Assembly (NCBI GenBank): GCA_019694215.1
Contig: JAIBCK010000002.1
Span: forward strand, 1-64,000
Length of the DNA stretch: 64,000 bases
Source of the DNA: Thermoflexales bacterium
GTDB taxonomy: Bacteria > Chloroflexota > Anaerolineae > J036 > Brachytrichaceae
Reading direction: 5' to 3'
Shown here one piece after another: positions 11,702 to 21,061 of this stretch (position 1 is the stretch's first letter; the number at the start of each line of letters is the position of its first letter). The translations under genes were made by a program, and so were the position numbers. The notes under the pieces were generated by a model that ran no database searches, had not been told where the DNA came from, and was given only the letters and a program-made list of their open reading frames with translations.

Positions 11702-13708
11702 GTGACCATGTTCCCCCTGGATTTGCTGCTAGTGAACCCCTTCGTGCTGGGGCTGTTGATTCTGCTTGCGCTGGGGGTCGGATTCGTCCTGTTGGGGCTT
11801 CGAAGAATTCCCAACAACAAGGTGGGCATCGTGGAAAAGCGCTTCAGCGGTCGCGGAAGCGTCAAGTCCGGATTCATCGCGCTGAACGGTGAGGCCGGCT
11901 TCCAGCCCGCAGTCCTGCGCGGTGGATGGCACTTCCGAATGCCGTTCCAGTACGTCGTGCATACGGCGCCGCTGGTCACCATCCCGCAGGGCAAGATCGG
12001 CTATGTCTTCGCCCGTGATGGTGGCGTGCTGGATGCCACCCAGGCGCTGGCGTCGAACGCCTCAGCCAAGGACTTCACCGACGTGGTGGGCTTCCTGCGC
12101 AATGGCGGCCAGCGTGGCCCGCAGCGCCAGATCCTTCGCGAAGGCACCTATGCGATCAACCTGGCCCAGTTCGTGATCATCACGGAACAGCGCGTGCACT
12201 ACCTGCCGCTCAGCCGCGAGGAGCAGGCGATCATCGCCGGGATGGCCAAGGAGATCGCTGAGCGTGAGGGCTTCACGCCCGTCGTCATCCGCGACTCCGA
12301 CGACCTGGTCGGCATCGTGACCGTGCACGACGGCCCGTCCCTGCCCCAGGGCGAGATCATCGCCCCGACGGTGGGCGAGGACGCCAGCAAGCTCGAGACC
12401 TATCACAACAACTTCCAGGACGCCGACAAGTTCCTGGCGGCCGGCGGGCAACGCGGCCGGCAGCTACAGGTCATCGTGGAGGGCACGTACTACCTGAACC
12501 GCCTCTTCGCCACCGTAGAGACGGTGAGGAAGACCATCGTTGAGGTGGGCTCGGTCGGCGTGCTGGTGTTCTACACCGGCAGCGAGGGCAAAGACCTCAG
12601 CGGCACGGAGTACAAGCACGGCGAGATGGTCAAGCGCGGCGAGCGCGGCGTGTGGAACGAGCCCCTGCTGCCCGGCAAGTACGCGCTGAACACGTACGCG
12701 GCAAGGCTGATCAGTGTCCCGACGACGAACTTCATCCTCAAGTGGACGCGTGGCGACATCGGCTCGCATCGGCTGGACGAGAACCTGAGTGAGGTGAGCC
12801 TGATCACCAAGGATGCCTTCGAGCCGCAGCTGCCGCTCAGCGTGGTCGTGCACATCGACTACAAGAAGGCGCCGATGGTCATCCAGCGCTTCGGCGACGT
12901 CAAGCGGCTGGTGGAGCAGACGCTCGACCCGATGGTCGCGGCCTACTTCAAGAACGTGGGTCAGACGCGCACGCTGATCCAGCTGATCCAGGACCGCAGC
13001 CAGATCCAGCGCCAGGCCAGCGAGGAGATGAAGGAGAAGTTCGCCCGTTACAACCTCGAGCTCGAGGAAGTGCTGATCGGCACGCCATCCGCGCCCAAGG
13101 GTGACACGACGATCGAGACGATCCTCACCCAGCTCCGCCAGCGCCAGATCGCCAACGAGCAGGTCGAGACCTACGAGCGCCAGGAGAAGTCGGCCGTGCA
13201 GGAACGGGTGCTGCGCGAGGCGCAGGCCCGGGCCGCCCAGCAGACCAAGATCACGGAGAGCGAACTGAACATCATGGTCCAGGGCAACCAGGGTAAGGCT
13301 GACTATCAGCGCGCGGTGCAACAGGCTGCGCAGATCCGCACGCTGGCCGAGGCCGAGGCCGAGAAGGCCGCCCGCGTGGGTATTGGCCAGGCGTTGGCCA
13401 TCGAGGAGCAGGTGCGCGCGTATGGTGGGCCGCAGTTCCAGGTCACGCAGCTGGTGATGAACCGCTTCGCCGAGGCCATCGAAGCCGCCAAGGTCGACGT
13501 CGTGCCGCGCATCTCGATCAATGGCAGTGGCGCGAGCGGCGGCACGGGCGGCAGCCTGATGGAAGGCCTGCTGGCCATGCTGCTGAGCGAGCGCATGGGT
13601 CAGGTGCTCAACGTCAACGCGTCCGGCACCCGGTCGGCCGAGGCCGAAGCCCTGCGGCAGGACATCTTCGCCAAGCTTGCGAAGGGGCTCGAAGAGACCA
13701 AGGGCTAG
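11702..13708 (+). CDS. Flotillin-like SPFH-domain protein (YqiK/flotillin family)
   Basis: N-terminal TM, SPFH domain, and a long Glu/Ala/Gln-rich coiled-coil tail. 668 aa. Confidence 0.8.
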   Translation: MTMFPLDLLLVNPFVLGLLILLALGVGFVLLGLRRIPNNKVGIVEKRFSGRGSVKSGFIALNGEAGFQPAVLRGGWHFRMPFQYVVHTAPLVTIPQGKIGYVFARDGGVLDATQALASNASAKDFTDVVGFLRNGGQRGPQRQILREGTYAINLAQFVIITEQRVHYLPLSREEQAIIAGMAKEIAEREGFTPVVIRDSDDLVGIVTVHDGPSLPQGEIIAPTVGEDASKLETYHNNFQDADKFLAAGGQRGRQLQVIVEGTYYLNRLFATVETVRKTIVEVGSVGVLVFYTGSEGKDLSGTEYKHGEMVKRGERGVWNEPLLPGKYALNTYAARLISVPTTNFILKWTRGDIGSHRLDENLSEVSLITKDAFEPQLPLSVVVHIDYKKAPMVIQRFGDVKRLVEQTLDPMVAAYFKNVGQTRTLIQLIQDRSQIQRQASEEMKEKFARYNLELEEVLIGTPSAPKGDTTIETILTQLRQRQIANEQVETYERQEKSAVQERVLREAQARAAQQTKITESELNIMVQGNQGKADYQRAVQQAAQIRTLAEAEAEKAARVGIGQALAIEEQVRAYGGPQFQVTQLVMNRFAEAIEAAKVDVVPRISINGSGASGGTGGSLMEGLLAMLLSERMGQVLNVNASGTRSAEAEALRQDIFAKLAKGLEETKG

Positions 13709-13741
13709 GCGATCAGACGAACTTGATCCCCTGGCAGGACC

Positions 13742-13785
13742 GTGCCGGGCTGATCCGAGCGATCAGCCCGGCACGTTTGTTTTCG
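13742..13785. terminator. Bidirectional intrinsic terminator between convergent genes
   Basis: 14-bp perfect stem GTGCCGGGCTGATC / GATCAGCCCGGCAC with loop CGAGC, followed by GTTTGTTTTCG. Confidence 0.7.
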
Positions 13786-13814
13786 GGGGCGACCGGCCCG
13801 ATGCTGCTTGCGCG

Positions 13815-15281
13815 CTATGGCACGGGGGCCGAGGTCAGTGCCGGCCCGGCCGGCGGAACGACGCCGCCATTGAAGTAGGCGTGCGTGGCGCGCGTGAGTG
13901 CGCCGATGAGCGCGGAGCTCTCTGGCCAGGCGAGAGGCGCGCCGGATTTCGTCAGCGCGATGACCAGCACATAGTCGGCGTCGCGCGTCATGACGATCCC
14001 GGCGTCGGCGTGTGTGTTGGCATCCCAGTTCTGGCGGTGTGCCAGCGCCGCGTTGCCGACGTTGGCATCCATCAAGCCGACGGCTGTGTTACGTGACAGC
14101 ACGGTCATGATCTGCTCGCACTCGGCCCCGGTCAGCGCGCCACGCGCCAGCACCATGAAGGCGCCCTTCCCCGCCTTGCAGGCGTTGAGTGCCTCCAGGA
14201 GCGCGGCAATCTCCGCAGGTGTGGATTGGGCGTTTACGTCCAGGGCACGCGTCCCTGCCCGCAGATTCGCCGGTGTGATGACGTTGACGGGCTCATTGCG
14301 CTGGTCGAAGGGTTGCGCCAGGAAGGTGCTGAGGGCGCCAAACTTGCGCAGAAAGCCGTTCAGGTTGCTGAGGCCGGCACCGGCATCCCCCTTGCCCGCG
14401 ACGCGCAGCAGCTCATTGGCCGAAAGCGAACTGCCATCGATCAGGGCCGCGCGGACGGCATCGCTGCTGAGGGTGTCGGGTCCGGATCGGGCGGCCTCGA
14501 CCGCGGCCACGACGCGCAACCAGCCGGGTGCCGATACGGCCATATCGCCGTTGATGGAAAGCTCCTCGCCGGTGCGCAGGTTCTTGACGAAGACGCCCAT
14601 CTCGCCACCCTGGTCGGTGAAGGCGCGGCCCTGCTGGCGGAGCACGGCTTCCAGCGATTTGAGCGAAGCGCCCCCCGCGCCGATCACGTCAATGGGCAGG
14701 TCGACATTGCGCGCCTGTGAGCGACCGAGGGCGGCGATCACAGCATCCCGCGCATCGACCACGCTGAGTGCGCGACCGGGCTGCGGTGGCGGCGCGGCCA
14801 ATGTGTCTGTCGTGACCGCGCTCACCCCCGGCTCCCGGTCCAGGCGTGCGGCGACGCCGAGCAGAAAGGCGGTCAGCTTGTTCTCCGAGTAGACGATGGG
14901 GGCCGGGATGCGCTCGGCGAGCTGTTTGCGCAGGACGTGGTCGGGAAAGGCGCTGAGGGTCTGCTTTCGGCGCAGGATCTGGTCGATTTGGATGCGCGCG
15001 ACGGCGGGGTTGAGGCGCACGTCCACGGCCGCAGGATCCAGCAGGACGGTCTCGCCGGCATAGTTCAGGGCGACCGGAGGACTGAGCGCTGCAGCCGTTT
15101 GGCTGATGGCTTGTTCGGCGGTCAGGCCGGAGACGTCGATGTCTGCGATCGTGGTGCGGGCCGGGAGCCGATTGCGATCCACCACGAAAGAGATTGCATT
15201 GCCCACGAGGATGAGGATGGCGGCCAGCCCCAGAAGGGTCAAAACGAGTTCCGCGCCCTGACGCGCGGTGAGGCGTTTCAT
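13815..15281 (-). CDS. Membrane-anchored beta-lactamase-fold (class A serine hydrolase-like) protein
   Basis: N-terminal TM. C-terminal half resembles the class A beta-lactamase fold by eye. Start taken at MKRLTARQ. Confidence 0.45.
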   Translation of the reverse strand: MKRLTARQGAELVLTLLGLAAILILVGNAISFVVDRNRLPARTTIADIDVSGLTAEQAISQTAAALSPPVALNYAGETVLLDPAAVDVRLNPAVARIQIDQILRRKQTLSAFPDHVLRKQLAERIPAPIVYSENKLTAFLLGVAARLDREPGVSAVTTDTLAAPPPQPGRALSVVDARDAVIAALGRSQARNVDLPIDVIGAGGASLKSLEAVLRQQGRAFTDQGGEMGVFVKNLRTGEELSINGDMAVSAPGWLRVVAAVEAARSGPDTLSSDAVRAALIDGSSLSANELLRVAGKGDAGAGLSNLNGFLRKFGALSTFLAQPFDQRNEPVNVITPANLRAGTRALDVNAQSTPAEIAALLEALNACKAGKGAFMVLARGALTGAECEQIMTVLSRNTAVGLMDANVGNAALAHRQNWDANTHADAGIVMTRDADYVLVIALTKSGAPLAWPESSALIGALTRATHAYFNGGVVPPAGPALTSAPVP

Positions 15282-15357
15282 CGCAGCGAGTATAGCCGGT
15301 CGACACCCGGTTGGTATACTGCCTTCAAAACGGCACCGTTGCCATAGGAGATTCAAC

Positions 15358-15672
15358 ATGAACGTATTGGAGGCCATGCAGGCCATGACCGGCCGGTTTG
15401 ATCCGGCCAAGGCGCGCGGCGTCAACGCCGTGGTTCAGATCAACGCAAATGGGGACGGCGGCGGCAAGTACGCCATCACCATCAAGGACGGCGCAGCAAC
15501 GCTTCAGGAGAGCGCCGCTGAGAAGCCCAATGTCACCGTTGATGTCGCGGCCCAGGATTGGCTGGCGATCCTCGGCGGTGAGATGGACCCGACGGTCGCA
15601 TTCATGAGCGGGAAACTGCGCATTTCGGGCGACCTCGGCCTGATGATGCGCTTCCAGCAGATCTTCATGTAG
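15358..15672 (+). CDS. SCP2 sterol-binding domain protein
   Basis: About 105 aa with an SCP2-like pattern (ISGDLGLMMRFQQIF). Start at MNVLEAMQ. Confidence 0.7.
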   Translation: MNVLEAMQAMTGRFDPAKARGVNAVVQINANGDGGGKYAITIKDGAATLQESAAEKPNVTVDVAAQDWLAILGGEMDPTVAFMSGKLRISGDLGLMMRFQQIFM

Positions 15673-15684
15673 TCGTCGCAGGAC

Positions 15685-16755
15685 ATGAAAGGACTCATCC
15701 TCAGCGGCGGCAAGGGCACCCGCCTGTATCCGCTTACCTTCACCAGTGCCAAGCAGCTGATCCCGGTCGCGAACACCCCGGTGCTCGTTCGGGTGATCCA
15801 AACCATCCGCGATGCCGACATCACGGATATCGGAATCGTGATCGGCGACACGGGCGAGGAGATCAAAGCGGCGGTGGGCGACGGCAGCCGCTGGGGCGTG
15901 AGTGTCACCTACATCAAGCAGGATGCGCCGCTCGGGCTCGCGCACGCGGTCAAGATCAGCCAGGGCTTTCTCGGCGATGACAAGTTCGTCATGTTTCTCG
16001 GCGACAACGTCATCCAGGGCGGCATCCACGGGCTGATCCGTCAGTTTGACACGTCCGGCTACAACAGCCAGATCGTGCTGACCCGCGTGCGTGAGCCGCA
16101 ACACTACGGCGTCGCCGTGTTGCGAACGGACGGATCGATCGAGCGTTTGATCGAAAAGCCCAAGCAGCCGCCGAGTGACCTGGCGTTGGTCGGCATCTAC
16201 ATGTTCGACAAGAGCGTGTTCCAGGCCGTGAACGCCATCACGCCGTCCTGGCGCGGTGAGCTTGAGATCACCGATGCGATCCAGTGGCTGGTGACCGCCG
16301 GCAAGAGCGTGTTCCCGTACATCCACAAGGGCTGGTGGGTGGACACGGGCAAGCCCATCGACATGCTCGAGGCCAACAGCCTGGTGCTGGATGAGCTCAA
16401 ACCGGTGCGCGAAGGTGCAAGCGTGGATGAGGCCTCGGTCGTCGACAGCCGCGTGACGCTGCAACCTGGCGCACAGATCATCAACAGCATCGTGCGTGGC
16501 CCAACCATCATCGGGGAAAACACCCGCGTGGTGAACAGCTATGTCGGCCCTTTCAGCAGCATTCACCATCACTGCGTGATCGAGAACGCCGAGATCGAGC
16601 GCAGCATCGTGCTGGAGAACAGCATCATCAAGGATGTGCCCGCGCGCATCCAGGACAGCCTGATCGGACGCCGCGCCACCATCAGCAAGGCGACCGGCCG
16701 GCCGGCCTCGTATCGCCTGACGCTGGGCGACTACAGCGCCGTGGGCCTCGTCTAG
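15685..16755 (+). CDS. rmlA: Glucose-1-phosphate thymidylyltransferase, long form
   Basis: N-terminal GGKGTRLYPLT nucleotidyltransferase motif plus a C-terminal left-handed beta-helix extension. 356 aa. Confidence 0.85.
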   Translation: MKGLILSGGKGTRLYPLTFTSAKQLIPVANTPVLVRVIQTIRDADITDIGIVIGDTGEEIKAAVGDGSRWGVSVTYIKQDAPLGLAHAVKISQGFLGDDKFVMFLGDNVIQGGIHGLIRQFDTSGYNSQIVLTRVREPQHYGVAVLRTDGSIERLIEKPKQPPSDLALVGIYMFDKSVFQAVNAITPSWRGELEITDAIQWLVTAGKSVFPYIHKGWWVDTGKPIDMLEANSLVLDELKPVREGASVDEASVVDSRVTLQPGAQIINSIVRGPTIIGENTRVVNSYVGPFSSIHHHCVIENAEIERSIVLENSIIKDVPARIQDSLIGRRATISKATGRPASYRLTLGDYSAVGLV

Positions 16756-16776
16756 CAGCGGCCCGTTCCATCGATC

Positions 16777-17805
16777 ATGCAGAATGCCCCCCGCGTCACC
16801 GCCTTTGCGGCCGCGAATCTTCCGACGGTCGAGACGCACATGCGCGAGATCGTCGCCGCCGTCGGCCCGGGGCTGTTGCGCACCATGCTGCTGTATCACC
16901 TCGGCTGGTCGAGCACAACGGGGGAACCCGAGCGCGCCGCGGCCGGCAAGCGCATCCGCCCCATCCTGGTGATGGCGGCTGGACTGGCAGGGGGTGATGT
17001 GTCCCCCTCGGCGGGCGCGCACTGGGCTGCCGCGGCCGTCGAGCTGCTGCACAACTTCTCGCTGATCCATGATGACATCGAGGACCGCGACCTGTTGCGG
17101 CATGGACGGGCGACGCTGTGGTCGGTGTGGGGTGTGCCGCTCGCAATCAACGCCGGTGACGCCATGTTCGCGATGGCGCATCAGGCGCTTCTCCGCACAG
17201 CCGAACACGGCGCAAAGGCGGAGCACAGCCTCGCGGCGTTGAATGTGTTCGATACCATGTGCGTGGCGCTCACACGGGGCCAGCATCAAGACATCGGCTT
17301 TGAGCAACGCACGGAAATCAGCTCTGCCGAGTATCTGGAGATGATCGGCGGCAAGACGGCGGCCCTCACCGAAGCCTGTTGCGCGCTTGGCGCAATATTC
17401 GGAGGAAGCTCCGCCGAACAGCGGATCGCGCTTGCCAGTTTTGGGCGCGATCTGGGGCTCGCCTTTCAGATTCAGGACGACGTGCTCGGCGTGTGGGGCG
17501 ACCCGGCCCGTACCGGGAAGGCGGACAGCGACCTCGCCCACGCCAAGAAGACCTATCCCGTGCTCATCGCCGCTGAACGCGACGCAGAGTTCAAACGCCG
17601 GTACTTCTCCGCCATCGAGGCAAAGCGCGACGAGGATTGGCTGCGGGACCGTATGGAAGCCTGCGGTGCGCGTGAAGCGAGCGAGGCGGCCGCGTCGGCG
17701 ACCTACCAGCGCGGTCTGGCGGCGCTGACTGCCGCGCAGGCCGCGGCACCCGCCCTGTCGCTGCTCGGCGAGCTGGCCCGCGCCCTGTTTGGCCGCGACG
17801 CCTAA
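16777..17805 (+). CDS. Polyprenyl (geranylgeranyl) diphosphate synthase
   Basis: Two Asp-rich motifs, IHDDIEDRD and FQIQDDVLG. Confidence 0.85.
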   Translation: MQNAPRVTAFAAANLPTVETHMREIVAAVGPGLLRTMLLYHLGWSSTTGEPERAAAGKRIRPILVMAAGLAGGDVSPSAGAHWAAAAVELLHNFSLIHDDIEDRDLLRHGRATLWSVWGVPLAINAGDAMFAMAHQALLRTAEHGAKAEHSLAALNVFDTMCVALTRGQHQDIGFEQRTEISSAEYLEMIGGKTAALTEACCALGAIFGGSSAEQRIALASFGRDLGLAFQIQDDVLGVWGDPARTGKADSDLAHAKKTYPVLIAAERDAEFKRRYFSAIEAKRDEDWLRDRMEACGAREASEAAASATYQRGLAALTAAQAAAPALSLLGELARALFGRDA

Positions 17806-19280
17806 CGCAGGACGCTAAAGAGCGGATCGGTGAGCACAGCCGCCCTGTGATCGGGATCCGTTTCCAGGGCGAGATATGCGCGGAGGGCCTCACGGGCGCG
17901 CGGCACTTCGCCCCCGGCCAGATGGGCGCGACACAGCATCAGGATCGGCGCTGGATCGGATGGCGCGAGTGCCCTGGCCCGCCCGAATGCGTCGGTGGCC
18001 GCCTCCGGATTGCCCGCATCGAGGTAGGCCTGCCCGAGCACCATCAGCACGTCGGGACGCTCCCCCTCCCGATTCAGCCGGTCGTACGCCGCGCTGATAC
18101 GTTGACTGTTCGACGCGGAAGGACCAACGTTGGATCCCCACTCTGCTGTCAACCCCGCTGGCGCGTCAAAGCGGGGGGCCTCCTGAATGCCTGGCGCCGC
18201 GATGGGCGGCGCATGACTGAAGGTCTTTTCAATCGGGCGCGAGTAGGAGATGGCCGGCGCCGGGGCTGCCGGTGGTGGCATGGGCGCGCTGCGGAGCTGG
18301 CCCAGCGCCGGCGCGCCATACGGTGAAAGGCTGGCTGCCGCAGGCGGTGCCGGTGCGGCACCGCGCTTTCGAAGATCGAGGTAGCACAACGTAAAGAACG
18401 TCGTTACCAGCGGACGCTCGATCCAGAAGACGAGGGCCTGCAGAATGGCGCCGAGCGCGTGCAGGATCACGAAGGGCAGGCTCTGACCGGCCGCGTCAGT
18501 GGCCTGGGACGCCCCGACGGCGCCAAGCGTGCCGCTGGCCATGAGGACGCTGGGAAGCGCGTTGAGAAGGGCCAGCACAGCAAGCAATTGCAGGGATCGT
18601 CCGAGCATCGTCAACGTGGCGCGCCGGGTCAGGGCGTTGCTGCGCTCGAGCCCTGAAAAGCCGGAGCGTGCCTCGGCAACCACGGCCGGATACAGCAGGC
18701 TCCAACGCAACCCGATGAAGAGCAGCAGCGCCCACCCGACGATGCCGAGCGGTACCAGGCACACTCCAACGATGAACAGCGCGCCAACTGGCGCGCGCTG
18801 GCCGACCATGAGCAGCAGGAGCAGTGGTGCCAGCGCAAGCACCCATCCGAGAGCCATGGCTGCGACGCGCAGGGCGTGGGCGGCCCAGAGACTGATGGCC
18901 ATCGGGCGCACATTGCGCCATGCGATGCGCGTCGTCGTCTTTCGCCCCTCGGCGCGCTCCATGGCCTCGTAGGTCAGGGCCGCATCCATCCACGGCCACA
19001 GCATCCCCAGCGCCAGCACCAGGATTCCTGCGCAAAGCGTGACGAACAAACCAGCCAGGCCACCCGGCGCGACGCGGAGCCGGCTCGCGCTGCCGAGCTG
19101 GTTGACCAGCATGGGAAAGGAGACGATCGCGTTGGTGGCGGTGAACAGCGCAACGGGCAGGCTAAGCGGTGCCGCGGTGCGCAGGAAGGCGATGAAGTTG
19201 GCACCGACCAGCGAGATCGTGCGCGCCAGTATTGGTTTGGGATTTGCCGTTGGATTCAGAACGGTGATCGAGGATGTCAC
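17802..19280 (-). CDS. Polytopic membrane protein with C-terminal TPR repeat
   Basis: Multiple hydrophobic segments and a C-terminal TPR-like region. Start uncertain: GTG at 19280 was chosen to avoid a divergent overlap with ccmC. Confidence 0.45.
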   Translation of the reverse strand: MTSSITVLNPTANPKPILARTISLVGANFIAFLRTAAPLSLPVALFTATNAIVSFPMLVNQLGSASRLRVAPGGLAGLFVTLCAGILVLALGMLWPWMDAALTYEAMERAEGRKTTTRIAWRNVRPMAISLWAAHALRVAAMALGWVLALAPLLLLLMVGQRAPVGALFIVGVCLVPLGIVGWALLLFIGLRWSLLYPAVVAEARSGFSGLERSNALTRRATLTMLGRSLQLLAVLALLNALPSVLMASGTLGAVGASQATDAAGQSLPFVILHALGAILQALVFWIERPLVTTFFTLCYLDLRKRGAAPAPPAAASLSPYGAPALGQLRSAPMPPPAAPAPAISYSRPIEKTFSHAPPIAAPGIQEAPRFDAPAGLTAEWGSNVGPSASNSQRISAAYDRLNREGERPDVLMVLGQAYLDAGNPEAATDAFGRARALAPSDPAPILMLCRAHLAGGEVPRAREALRAYLALETDPDHRAAVLTDPLFSVLR

Positions 19281-19288
19281 GCGGTCAG

Positions 19289-19294
19289 TATAAT
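19289..19294 (+). promoter_or_regulatory. Candidate -10 hexamer TATAAT upstream of ccmC
   Basis: Perfect TATAAT about 40 nt upstream of the ccmC ATG. Confidence 0.3.
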
Positions 19295-19334
19295 GCTTGC
19301 CTTGCGGCCTGCTCCGGCCGAAGTTCGTTTCGAG

Positions 19335-20096
19335 ATGGCCCAAAGCACGTCAAAATCCCCCCAGGCTCCCTCGCCGCGCCCACCGGCGCGGTGGTTTGTC
19401 TTGCTGACCGCTGTGATGATCGTCGTGGCCGGCGCACTCGCGCTCTTCGTCGCGCCTCGCGCCCAGGAGCAGGCGGGTGGCGACGCCCAGCGCATTTTCT
19501 ACTTTCACGTGTCATCGGCCTGGCTGGGCTTTGGTGCCATGGCCGCCTCGGCCTACTTTGGCTGGCGCTACCTGCGCTCACGTCAGATGCGATGGGACTG
19601 GCTTGCCCTGGCAAACGCCGAGATTTCGGTGGTCTTTCTAGGGATGGTGCTGCTGAGCGGCATGGCCTGGGGCCGTCCGACCTGGAATGTTTGGTGGACG
19701 TGGCAGGAGCCCAAACTGGTTGTGAGTGCGTTGCAGTTCCTGCTTTACGTGGCCCTGCTGGTACTCCGCTCGGCAATCGATGAGCCCGAGCGCCGAGCCC
19801 GTCTGTCGGCCGTGTTCGGTCTGCTGACGATCATCCTGGTGCCCTTCAACCTGCTGATCAGCCGGGTCATCGCGGATGGCGTTCACCCGGTCGTCTTCGG
19901 GCCGAGTGTCAGCGCCGAGGCGCAGGGCAAAGTTGGCGTGGCCACCACGATGGTCCCGATCCTGCTCTTTGCGCTGGTCGCCTTCTCGTTGCTGTGGGTG
20001 GTGTTTGTGCAGGCGCGGGTGGCCCTGCAGGCGCGAATGGACGCCCTGGCGGCGCGGCGGGCCGCCCTGCTCGACCTGCCCGAAGGAGGCCGGTGA
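19335..20096 (+). CDS. ccmC: Heme exporter protein C-like (CcmC family, WWD domain)
   Basis: Tryptophan-rich WGRPTWNVWWTWQEPKL motif, 6 predicted TMs, about 253 aa. Followed by a coupled small ccmD-like gene. Confidence 0.7.
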   Translation: MAQSTSKSPQAPSPRPPARWFVLLTAVMIVVAGALALFVAPRAQEQAGGDAQRIFYFHVSSAWLGFGAMAASAYFGWRYLRSRQMRWDWLALANAEISVVFLGMVLLSGMAWGRPTWNVWWTWQEPKLVVSALQFLLYVALLVLRSAIDEPERRARLSAVFGLLTIILVPFNLLISRVIADGVHPVVFGPSVSAEAQGKVGVATTMVPILLFALVAFSLLWVVFVQARVALQARMDALAARRAALLDLPEGGR

Positions 20097-20281
20097 TGTT
20101 TGACAAGAATGCCGCCTATCTGCTGGGCGCCTACGTCGTTTTTGGGATTGGTATCGTGGGTTATGCAGTTTCGTTGGTCATGCGTGTTCGCGCGGCGCGG
20201 CGTGATGAGGCCAGGCTCGAAGCGCTGGAGGCCGAGTTGGCCGAGGAAGCGCGCGCGAAGTCAGGAGGGTCAAAGGGATGA
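20096..20281 (+). CDS. ccmD: CcmD-like small membrane protein
   Basis: 61 aa with a single TM. ATG overlaps the ccmC stop (TGATG) and is preceded by GGAGG. Confidence 0.5.
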   Translation: MFDKNAAYLLGAYVVFGIGIVGYAVSLVMRVRAARRDEARLEALEAELAEEARAKSGGSKG

Positions 20282-21057
20282 GCGCTGTGGCACAAACGCG
20301 CGGCGGGCGCTGGAACACCGTCGTGCAGAGCCTGTTCTTCGTGGGAGGCTTCGCGGTCTTTGTCGTCGGGCTGTTTGGCGCGGTTGGCGCGCTCGCCGAC
20401 GTGATCTACGGGCTGAAGGACATCATCCGGGTGCTCGGTGGCGTTTTGATGATCGTGTTTGGACTGTTTACGTTGCGCATCATCAACATCCCGATGCTGT
20501 ATGCGGACACGCGGCGGGGTCTGAGTGCGGCGGGGCGGCGGGTCGGCGCGGCGCAGTCCTTCCTGACCGGGCTGTCGTTTGCGGCTGGCTGGACGCCATG
20601 CATCGGCCCCTTCCTCGGCGCCATCCTGACGCTGTCAGCCGAAACCGCCGGCCTGCAGCGGGCGCTGCTTCTGCTCGCCTACACGGTCGGGCTGGGGCTG
20701 CCGTTTGTCCTTGTGGCCCTGCTGGCGGATCGAATGACCCCCCTGCTCCGCTTTCTGCGCGCGCACACCCGGGCTGTCGAGATCGTAAGCGGGTTGCTGT
20801 TAATCGTTGTAGGCGCCCTGATCGTGTTCGGGCTGATGGCGGATGTGACGCGGCGCTTCGCGGGAGTCGAGTCGGCGCTCGAGAGCGATCTGGCCGTGGC
20901 GACCGGTTTCACGGGCCTGAGCGCCCCCAGCCCGCTGATTGCGCTGGTGGCCGGCTTCCTGTCCTTCGCCTCCCCCTGTGTGCTGCCGCTCGTCCCCGCC
21001 TACATCGGCTACATCTCGGGCTGGGCGGTCAACTCGGCCGCGAAGGGCGAAGGCTGA
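20278..21057 (+). CDS. ccdA: CcdA/DsbD-family thiol-disulfide transporter homolog with swapped motif order
   Basis: Carries both conserved Cys motifs, GWTPCIGP (TM4-type) and SPCVLPLVPAYIGYISG (TM1-type), in reverse of the usual order. ATGA overlap with ccmD. Confidence 0.7.
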   Translation: MSAVAQTRGGRWNTVVQSLFFVGGFAVFVVGLFGAVGALADVIYGLKDIIRVLGGVLMIVFGLFTLRIINIPMLYADTRRGLSAAGRRVGAAQSFLTGLSFAAGWTPCIGPFLGAILTLSAETAGLQRALLLLAYTVGLGLPFVLVALLADRMTPLLRFLRAHTRAVEIVSGLLLIVVGALIVFGLMADVTRRFAGVESALESDLAVATGFTGLSAPSPLIALVAGFLSFASPCVLPLVPAYIGYISGWAVNSAAKGEG

Positions 21058-21061
21058 CTTC

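Noticed and set aside
20939-21061. ATG-initiated 5' extension of the membrane-protein ORF overlapping the end of ccdA in another frame
   Set aside because: Pro/Ser/Arg-rich translation over the ccdA 3' end. A GTG at 21062 directly follows the ccdA stop and begins the hydrophobic protein.
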